Shown: positions 7,384 to 13,247 of the stretch, one piece after another
How positions within the stretch are numbered: the stretch's first letter is position 1
Layout: every line of letters begins with the position of its first letter
Source of the DNA: a virus
Lineage: Duplodnaviria; Heunggongvirae; Uroviricota; Caudoviricetes
DNA: 18,355 nt
IMG/VR virus record: IMGVR_UViG_3300043399_000596
Strand: one strand, 5' to 3'
Position numbers and translations under genes: made by a program
The notes under the pieces: model-generated
Told to the model about the DNA's origin: nothing
Databases searched by the model: none
Seen by the model: the letters and a program-made list of their open reading frames with translations, nothing else

Positions 7384-7436
7384 CTCCTTTAATCAATCAA
7401 TACAAGTATTATATGCCCAAAACGATTTATTGTCAA
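7384..7436 (-). repeat. promoter-leader-RBS cassette, copy B
   Basis: 52 of 53 bp identical to 7079-7131, 305 bp apart. Confidence 0.95.
7399..7436 (-). promoter_or_regulatory. early promoter P2 with palindrome
   Basis: TTGACA ATAAATCGTTTTGGGCA TATAAT ACTTGTATT. Confidence 0.9.
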
Positions 7437-7478
7437 CTTTTGGATTTTTCTCTAGTTGTATGTCAGTTATCATTCCAG

Positions 7479-7512
7479 AAAAAAGAATCGGTCCTAGAGC
7501 TCCTAGAACCGA
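7479..7512 (-). terminator. rho-independent terminator
   Basis: Minus strand TCGGTTCTAG-GAGCT-CTAGGACCGA (one G-U pair) followed by TTCTTTTTT. Confidence 0.75.
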
Positions 7513-7540
7513 AAAATGAGTACTTTAGTTTACAAAAAAC

Positions 7541-7556
7541 TAATACTAAAGTATTA
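7541..7556. promoter_or_regulatory. 16-bp dyad TAATAC-TAAA-GTATTA
   Basis: Same AATAC/GTATT half-sites as the promoter palindrome but a 4-nt spacer; overlaps the stop of the small HTH gene. Confidence 0.45.
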
Positions 7557-7724
7557 TGAATTTACCGTGTCAAAGGGGTTATACATTTCTTCCTGTTCCA
7601 GTTGCTCCAGAACATCGTACACCATACTCACGGGAACATTGAGCAAGGTTGCAATTTTAATGGGACGGTCACCCTGCTCCAGCATATCAACAATTTCCAT
7701 GTGAATTTCAGACATGTAACTCAT
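7554..7724 (-). CDS. 56-aa acidic HTH-like protein (not in ORF track)
   Basis: MSYMSEIHMEIVDMLEQGDRPIKIATLLNVPVSMVYDVLEQLEQEEMYNPFDTVNS; SD AGGAG; the IxxMLxxGxxPxxIAxxLNVPxxxVY pattern is HTH-like. Confidence 0.7.
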   Translation of the reverse strand: MSYMSEIHMEIVDMLEQGDRPIKIATLLNVPVSMVYDVLEQLEQEEMYNPFDTVNS

Positions 7725-7728
7725 TAGT

Positions 7729-7911
7729 TTACTCCTGTTTCAAACAAACAAATTTAACTTCTTTAGTAGTACGTTTACCCAGAGCCTCACTCTGCTTGCC
7801 AGCGGCGAGACACGATGCCTCAGATTTAAATCCAGGAACACTTGTTACTGCCATGGAATCTTTTTCAGACAACATACCTGCATGTAAAAACAAAACCAAA
7901 ACCCAAGACAT
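7729..7911 (-). CDS. small exported/membrane protein with paired Cys
   Basis: Hydrophobic N-terminus MSWVLVLFLH, F-x-S-x-x-x-C-x-x-A ... C; SD AAGGAG. Confidence 0.75.
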   Translation of the reverse strand: MSWVLVLFLHAGMLSEKDSMAVTSVPGFKSEASCLAAGKQSEALGKRTTKEVKFVCLKQE

Positions 7912-7920
7912 AATTACTCC

Positions 7921-8073
7921 TTACAAAATTACACTAGCGAATGCCGCGGCATTCAATGCACTAGCAAAAACATTGAACCACCCTGCACCGGTATTTCCGT
8001 TTTGAAATGCTTCGTTTGCCCACTTCCATGATAGTACGGCAAGCAACAAATTAACCAATGACAGCCAAATCAT
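7921..8073 (-). CDS. 50-aa two-TM membrane protein (not in ORF track)
   Basis: MIWLSLVNLLLAVLSWKWANEAFQNGNTGAGWFNVFASALNAAAFASVIL; TAATG overlap. Confidence 0.75.
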   Translation of the reverse strand: MIWLSLVNLLLAVLSWKWANEAFQNGNTGAGWFNVFASALNAAAFASVIL

Positions 8074-8345
8074 TATGCAGCCTCAAGCATGTTAGCAGGA
8101 ACACGCCAATTAGTCATACCAGAACGGACAATGATGAATTTTCGATTAACCTTTTCAACACTACCGAAAACAGTTTCACCTCGGCGACCAACAAACTTTA
8201 CCTCGGTACCCTTCACAAAAGTGAAGCGAGCCTTTGTTGCAAGTTGCCCACGTGCAAACTTAATTGCTGCCGAGATAGAATTCAACTGTTCGTCAGTGAA
8301 TGCACCACCGATGATTGTAGAATTAATTTCTTGAATCGTTGCCAT
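8073..8345 (-). CDS. hypothetical protein with SH3/KOW-like C-terminal barrel
   Basis: FVKGTEVKFVGRRGETVFGSVEKVNRKFIIV...NWRVPANML; SD AGGAG. Confidence 0.75.
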   Translation of the reverse strand: MATIQEINSTIIGGAFTDEQLNSISAAIKFARGQLATKARFTFVKGTEVKFVGRRGETVFGSVEKVNRKFIIVRSGMTNWRVPANMLEAA

Positions 8346-8368
8346 GTTAGCTCCTGTGTGTCAGTGTC

Positions 8369-8406
8369 AATACAAGTATTGTATGCCCAAAACGAATTAC
8401 TGTCAA
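8369..8406 (-). promoter_or_regulatory. early promoter P3 with palindrome
   Basis: TTGACA GTAATTCGTTTTGGGCA TACAAT ACTTGTATTG. Confidence 0.9.
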
Positions 8407-8636
8407 CCTTTTTTCTCAACCATTTCCTTGAGTTTTTCCTTGTACTCAAGTTGACTAAGGGTTACTCCGTAGAAGACCCAACCAAAGAATACAAAGAACC
8501 CGATAGCCAGAGCATTAATAATGGTTTGAGTACTTACGTTTGCAACAATAAACCCAACCACAGATCCAGCGACAGCGGCGAGAACAAACAGGCCCACGGT
8601 GATAAGCAATGCTTTTTGTTTAAGCGAGAGTTTCAT
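8403..8636 (-). CDS. two-TM membrane protein (77 aa)
   Basis: ORF track 8403..8750 trimmed to ATG 8636 (MKLSLKQKALL) after AAGGAAA. Confidence 0.75.
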   Translation of the reverse strand: MKLSLKQKALLITVGLFVLAAVAGSVVGFIVANVSTQTIINALAIGFFVFFGWVFYGVTLSQLEYKEKLKEMVEKKG

Positions 8637-8766
8637 TTTTGATTTCCTTTGTGAGAATTTCAGCAGTGATGATTTTGCCGCCGTATGCCTGCTGGAACGT
8701 TTCAGCGACAGCCTTGATGAAGAAAGTGTATACTTTACCGTTACTTGCAATCAGTGTGTACTTCAT
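8620..8766 (-). CDS. 48-aa hypothetical protein (not in ORF track)
   Basis: MKYTLIASNGKVYTFFIKAVAETFQQAYGGKIITAEILTKEIKNETLA; first gene after P4, SD AAGGA. Confidence 0.7.
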   Translation of the reverse strand: MKYTLIASNGKVYTFFIKAVAETFQQAYGGKIITAEILTKEIKNETLA

Positions 8767-8783
8767 TCCGATTCCTTATCTTC

Positions 8784-8821
8784 AATACAAGTATTGTATC
8801 AGGAATTGGATTTATTGTCAA
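8784..8821 (-). promoter_or_regulatory. early promoter P4 with palindrome
   Basis: TTGACA ATAAATCCAATTCCTGA TACAAT ACTTGTATTG. Confidence 0.9.
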
Positions 8822-8825
8822 ATTT

Positions 8826-9224
8826 TTACCAAAGAATAGGTTCCTGAGTTCGCTGGTCTTGCAAAATCATAACGATTTCGTCCTTTTCAGGATAAACTAG
8901 ATTCAAAAGTTCTAATTTTTCACGGCGTTCTTCGCTTGACATTTTGAGCCATTTTTGTACTACTTCTGTACTACCCCAAAAGACACCGTGACCCATAGTA
9001 GAACGAATCCAACCGGTCAGTTTCTTCAATGCAGGGACACTGTTACCAGGGTGGCTAGATGCCATCGCACGGAAAAAATCGTTTGCTAATACCGCACTAA
9101 AAAAACTACCCGGCTCATAACCATGAATCAAGTAATTGTAGATTGGGTCAAAATAATCCTTTGGCACTTCCCAATCAGCCGCACCGCGCATGATGTGGTT
9201 CTTGCTGTACTTTGAGATTTCCAT
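8826..9224 (-). CDS. hypothetical phage protein (PGSFFSAVLAND motif)
   Basis: ORF track 8826..9266 trimmed to ATG 9224 (MEISKYSK). Confidence 0.75.
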   Translation of the reverse strand: MEISKYSKNHIMRGAADWEVPKDYFDPIYNYLIHGYEPGSFFSAVLANDFFRAMASSHPGNSVPALKKLTGWIRSTMGHGVFWGSTEVVQKWLKMSSEERREKLELLNLVYPEKDEIVMILQDQRTQEPILW

Positions 9225-9225
9225 A

Positions 9226-9477
9226 TCAACCGTTTTTGAGGATATGATAAGTAAGTTCCGGGCCACCGACGAGACAGCACTGAGTTGTATACTTTAGCAT
9301 ACCCTCTTCTCTCCAATGCCCATGGCCAATCGGAATGACACGCACCTGCTTTGGTGTCATTTTAATGACCTTACCTACATAAAGGGTATTATGATGACTG
9401 AATGCCACATGGTCGTCCATCTTTACCTCACGACCCAAGCAGTCCCTGTGTTCTAATGCTAGTTCCCTAGTACTCAT
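9226..9477 (-). CDS. small SH3/KOW-like beta-barrel protein, translationally coupled to the arfA-like gene
   Basis: DCLGREVKMDDHVAF...YVGKVIKMTPKQVRV; ATG 9477 in TAATG overlap. Confidence 0.65.
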   Translation of the reverse strand: MSTRELALEHRDCLGREVKMDDHVAFSHHNTLYVGKVIKMTPKQVRVIPIGHGHWREEGMLKYTTQCCLVGGPELTYHILKNG

Positions 9478-9641
9478 TAGACCTCCCAAGCATCTTGTTT
9501 ACGGTGCTTGGGGCGGCGATGATACTGGCCCTTCTTAGGCTTTTCAACCTTATGCTTGAAGGGCAAGTCATCATCAAACAGTGCCTTATGGCGGCGTTGT
9601 TTCACGGGTTCGATTCGAAAAGAAATAATATCACGTTTCAT
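9477..9641 (-). CDS. arfA: ArfA-like alternative ribosome-rescue factor, 54 aa (not in ORF track)
   Basis: MKRDIISFRIEPVKQRRHKALFDDDLPFKHKVEKPKKGQYHRRPKHRKQDAWEV; hand alignment to recalled E. coli ArfA [35 protein letters not shown] gives about 16 identities over ~35 positions; ATG 9 nt after the -10 of P5. Confidence 0.72.
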   Translation of the reverse strand: MKRDIISFRIEPVKQRRHKALFDDDLPFKHKVEKPKKGQYHRRPKHRKQDAWEV

Positions 9642-9679
9642 AATACAAGTATTATAGCAGAACGGGTATTTATTGTCAA
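9642..9679 (-). promoter_or_regulatory. early promoter P5 (extended -10) driving near-leaderless arfA-like mRNA
   Basis: TTGACA ATAAATACCCGTTCTGC TATAAT ACTTGTATT ATG. Confidence 0.9.
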
Positions 9680-9686
9680 ATAACGG

Positions 9687-9992
9687 TTACTCTATGTCTT
9701 CGCCGATCACGGTTTGGATATTTTTTATACTCTTTACAGTGAAACTACGCCATTCGTTCTTATCCAAATCAAACACCCTAATTGACGCGGATGATTCTTT
9801 GCGAGGTTTAGCACCTTCTTTCAATTCTACTTTGGGTAATAATTCAGGTTGTAGGGTGCATCGCATAACACGCTCAGTACCGTCTTTTTTAGTAAACGTA
9901 ACCGTTACTGGATTTATGTGTAGAATTCCCCTGAGCCAATTTTCCAAACTAGCCCAATCCTCGTCAGTCCATTCAGTATTAATTTGTATCAT
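9687..9992 (-). CDS. WYL_2-like (Sm/SH3 beta-barrel) protein
   Basis: VTFTKKDGTERVMRCTL ... VFDLDKNEWRSF is the characteristic phage WYL_2 pattern. Confidence 0.75.
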   Translation of the reverse strand: MIQINTEWTDEDWASLENWLRGILHINPVTVTFTKKDGTERVMRCTLQPELLPKVELKEGAKPRKESSASIRVFDLDKNEWRSFTVKSIKNIQTVIGEDIE

Positions 9993-10279
9993 TGTATTAG
10001 CATCCTAATTAAACCCACAGTATCTATCGTAGTAAGCAAGATGTAGTTAGCCAACATGCCAAAAGATTTGCGACTAAAAGCAGCCCAAGCATAGAGGCTA
10101 CAGCCGAAGATCCAAATAGGGTATAAAGTAAGTAAGGGCGGATTCGGGACTGTAGCAGCCATGGCCAGCGAATTCCCAATTGAAATAGCCCAAGCAAGCA
10201 ACTCAACGCAAAAACGAAACCTATTACTACGCCAGTCATTTTTAATCCATTCAAAAATTCCAAATATAACATTATTCAT
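9989..10279 (-). CDS. three-TM membrane protein (possible SemiSWEET/PnuC-like half transporter)
   Basis: Three hydrophobic helices in 96 aa with P-x-W...W-x-x-x-S-R and L-x-N-Y; family call tentative. Confidence 0.55.
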   Translation of the reverse strand: MNNVIFGIFEWIKNDWRSNRFRFCVELLAWAISIGNSLAMAATVPNPPLLTLYPIWIFGCSLYAWAAFSRKSFGMLANYILLTTIDTVGLIRMLIQ

Positions 10280-10772
10280 TGTTATGCCGTTCTATCATTT
10301 CTTCTAGAATAATTTCTACCATCTTATTTAACGTAATGTCACGCTCGTGTGCCATTTCCATTAACTTAAATAGTTCTTCTTTTTCTAGGTTTAGAGGTAC
10401 TTGAACTCTAGCATCAAAATCTTCACCTCGCATGATTGCACCAGCTTTTGATAGCCAATCTTGTTCTGTCTCTAAATCATACCAATTAACGTTGTCCCAT
10501 GCTTGTGCTGGATTAACATTACGCTCCTTAGCTTCATCAATCATACTTTGCTTGTACTCAGGATTCAGCCAACGATAAGGTTTGTGTTTTTGATCTTTAT
10601 CATTAACTTCAGCAGTGTATACTTCTTGTGTCTCGGTATTAAAAACAACCGAAGCATAAGCATACTCACTTTCATAATCTAGCCAACGTGCATTAGGCCA
10701 ACATGACCAACAATAATCACTGCCGCCAGCAATCTTATGATTCAATGCTTCATTAACTTTACTTAGATTCAT
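10272..10772 (-). CDS. hypothetical protein with C-terminal ribbon-helix-helix-like domain
   Basis: VQVPLNLEKEELFKLMEMAHERDITLNKMVEIILEEMI fits an RHH strand-helix-helix pattern; ATG 10772 preferred. Confidence 0.65.
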   Translation of the reverse strand: MNLSKVNEALNHKIAGGSDYCWSCWPNARWLDYESEYAYASVVFNTETQEVYTAEVNDKDQKHKPYRWLNPEYKQSMIDEAKERNVNPAQAWDNVNWYDLETEQDWLSKAGAIMRGEDFDARVQVPLNLEKEELFKLMEMAHERDITLNKMVEIILEEMIERHNNE

Positions 10773-11055
10773 TCTGTTCGCCCTCAAAATACATCTGTGC
10801 CAATTTCATCATTAATGCCGCATGCTCTTTATTTTTAGGGAGTTGCACACTCTTACCTTCACGCAAATCATACAGTTCTCTAATCATGGGTTCGATGTTG
10901 TTATTGAAAATCTGTTCCATTACTTTGTACAGATTCTTAGCATCTTCCTCCGTCATACCACTAGTCCACGGTGGGTCAGTTGGCTTTTTACGAAGCCTAT
11001 AATCGTGCCTGTATGTCATGCACATATCGTGAATTATTTCTTCTTTTGAATACAT
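10759..11055 (-). CDS. hypothetical protein (98 aa)
   Basis: ORF track. Confidence 0.75.
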   Translation of the reverse strand: MYSKEEIIHDMCMTYRHDYRLRKKPTDPPWTSGMTEEDAKNLYKVMEQIFNNNIEPMIRELYDLREGKSVQLPKNKEHAALMMKLAQMYFEGEQNESK

Positions 11056-11135
11056 ATCGTCAACCGAACAACTTTAGTAATTGAAGGTAGAACCCATAAA
11101 AAACTAATACCACGATACTTTCAGGCACATAAAAA

Positions 11136-12188
11136 TTAGAAAGCGCCATAGTAGTTGTACACCTTTTCCTGTACACGGGTCATAATGACACGAGTACCTT
11201 TGTCCTCAAAAACGAACTTACCACTTGCCGCATCAACAGAAATCAATGCGTTAGCATTGAAGGTCTTGTAAATGTAGTCAGCATTATCGTCATCGGGATC
11301 AGTATCAAAACCAATCTCGACACCGTCTGGGCGTAGAGGATTACCTTCAAAGTCATTCTTGTAATCAATATGTTTACCGTTGTGAATGATTTCAATTTGG
11401 TATTTAGAGCCACCATCAAATTCAGGCTTAGCGTTAAGCATACGCAATGCCTCTTGGGGTGTTTCACCATAGCGATTCATTTCTTCAACAAGAGCTTTGA
11501 GCATGTCAAAGTTGAATTGACCAAACAGTGTAGTGATGTTACACAGTTTTTCAATCTGTGTTTTATCGTTTAAATTATCCTCACAGTATTCACGGATAAA
11601 ATTAACATCCAGACCCTTGAACTCCATCATGTAATATACACGACCGGGACGATTACGCATGTGGTAGTCAACACGGTACTTATCGTTACAAGTCAACAAA
11701 AATAGTTTCTTAGTAGGAAACACACCATCCAACAGAGTCAGAATTGCCTCTTGTTGATCACGGTCATATACCTTCTCAAATTCATCAAACAGAATAGCAC
11801 AAGGCTGCTCGATAGTTTGAATGAATGAATTGAACTTGTCACCGTGCCACGGAGCATTGATAACAATAGTAGGAACACCTTGTTTTGCAAGTTCAATGGA
11901 AATGTTTTTAGTAAGTAAAGTCTTACCTGAACCCTTCTCGCCAGTCAGCATAACGCCTGTAGCGTTAGGACGATCCATGAACGTGCGGATAACACGGTCA
12001 GTATTTTTCAGACAATCCCCGTACACTTTACTAGGACGGTTGAAGTCATCGATATGTTCGAGATACAAAGGACCGCCCATAGGTGCTTCTTTTACAGTGT
12101 AGTTACCTGGCGGTAACATATCACGCACATCCATAGATTCTTCGGATGCAACCATGAATGAAGTACCATTTTTAATAAAACGAGTCAT
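11136..12188 (-). CDS. AAA+ ATPase
   Basis: Walker A GEKGSGKT, Walker B ILFDEFEK, sensor TCN, Arg-finger NRPGR. Confidence 0.92.
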   Translation of the reverse strand: MTRFIKNGTSFMVASEESMDVRDMLPPGNYTVKEAPMGGPLYLEHIDDFNRPSKVYGDCLKNTDRVIRTFMDRPNATGVMLTGEKGSGKTLLTKNISIELAKQGVPTIVINAPWHGDKFNSFIQTIEQPCAILFDEFEKVYDRDQQEAILTLLDGVFPTKKLFLLTCNDKYRVDYHMRNRPGRVYYMMEFKGLDVNFIREYCEDNLNDKTQIEKLCNITTLFGQFNFDMLKALVEEMNRYGETPQEALRMLNAKPEFDGGSKYQIEIIHNGKHIDYKNDFEGNPLRPDGVEIGFDTDPDDDNADYIYKTFNANALISVDAASGKFVFEDKGTRVIMTRVQEKVYNYYGAF

Positions 12189-12212
12189 TGTTTATCTTTC
12201 TGCTAAAACTGT

Positions 12213-12218
12213 ATTATA
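12213..12218 (-). promoter_or_regulatory. -10 element (TATAAT) upstream of the AAA ATPase, weak -35
   Basis: TATAATAC 24 nt before ATG and just past the rIIB terminator; no good -35 at 17 nt. Confidence 0.45.
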
Positions 12219-12241
12219 TACGAAAAGTGATTTGTTGAAGT

Positions 12242-12270
12242 AAAAAACGGGCACTAGTTGCCCGTTTTTT
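12242..12270 (-). terminator. rho-independent terminator after rIIB (potentially bidirectional)
   Basis: AAAAAACGGGCA-5 nt loop-TGCCCGTTTTTT directly after the rIIB stop. Confidence 0.88.
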
Positions 12271-13245
12271 TTATGCCCAACGAGACGGTGATTGCGGCCA
12301 AGATCCTGGTTGAGTCTTAGCAGGTGCAACATAACGATAACGTTCAATACCCAGTTGAGCATCGGTATCTCCCTTATCGTAACCTTCCTCATAGTCCTTG
12401 CGGGCTTTGTAGCTGACGGGTTCAGTATAGCTACGACCGATATAACCATCAGTGTAGCCACGATAGAATTCAGTAGAACCAGTCTTAGGTTCAACCTTCA
12501 CACTGTTCGCATTACTTTGAACAGGCTTGCTGAATTCAACTTCGTCCTCAGGGTTGACGCCAACTTCGCCAATAACTTCATAACGACATGCACGACCTTT
12601 AGCATCGTTGTAATCGCTAGGAATGGACACTACGTCACGAGGATTGATTTTCACAATAACAGTGCGATCACCGCCGAAACTCTTGAGGTAGCTTTCACTA
12701 CAGAAGTGAAGACCTGCACTGCAAGTGTTGTTACGATTGTCATCAACTTCGTTGCGTTCCATTTCAACAATGTTGCCAACACTATTATCCATAGTGCCAG
12801 TATGGCAATCCATATAGTTAGCACGAACACGCTTGTAAGCGAGGAAGTGACCGTCAGGAGTAATCGGCAGATTGTTCTTTTCAAGGAAACCATACAGTTC
12901 AGTAACCGCTTGACGAGAAGGGTTACTCATGAGGTTTTCCATGAAGTTGACCAGAGGCTCAATTGGGAACTCATCCTGCAACATAGCAATCATGCGAGTA
13001 GCCAGTGCGTTATGCATAGGCTTACTCCTCCAGTACAGAGTTTCGCCCTGAACACTGACGTTGCCTTTACCGTAGTTAAGGACAACTTGCTTAGGTTCGA
13101 TGATATCCTTGACACGCTCCCAATCACCAGCTTTAATAGCATCAACTACCTTCTGGTAAGTGATGTGGCTCTTAGCGATAGTGTGAGGCTTGTTGCCAAT
13201 CACAACGGTAATGTTATTACCTTGGATAATAAACGGATAACTCAT
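12271..13245 (-). CDS. rIIB: rIIB-like protein
   Basis: FLEKNNLPITPDGHFLAYKRVR...GLHFCS...VKINPRDVVSIPSDY; follows rIIA; ORF track start 13251 is TTG, ATG at 13245. Confidence 0.88.
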   Translation of the reverse strand: MSYPFIIQGNNITVVIGNKPHTIAKSHITYQKVVDAIKAGDWERVKDIIEPKQVVLNYGKGNVSVQGETLYWRSKPMHNALATRMIAMLQDEFPIEPLVNFMENLMSNPSRQAVTELYGFLEKNNLPITPDGHFLAYKRVRANYMDCHTGTMDNSVGNIVEMERNEVDDNRNNTCSAGLHFCSESYLKSFGGDRTVIVKINPRDVVSIPSDYNDAKGRACRYEVIGEVGVNPEDEVEFSKPVQSNANSVKVEPKTGSTEFYRGYTDGYIGRSYTEPVSYKARKDYEEGYDKGDTDAQLGIERYRYVAPAKTQPGSWPQSPSRWA

Positions 13246-13247
13246 TT

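Noticed and set aside
7545-7573. TTGACA at the end of the small HTH gene as an extra promoter
   Set aside because: CATAAT is only 9 nt away and no acceptable -10 lies at 16-18 nt
7079-9679. Recurrent ~40-50-bp sequences that could be read as CRISPR repeats
   Set aside because: Spacing is irregular (hundreds of bp), intact genes lie between copies, and each copy is a -35/17/-10 promoter
11036-11130. Possible TAG-readthrough ORF (MCLKVSWY*FLWV...) in the 80-bp gap after the AAA ATPase as evidence of recoding
   Set aside because: No SD, it overlaps the next gene, and no recognisable gene anywhere in the window is interrupted by TAG; the standard code explains everything
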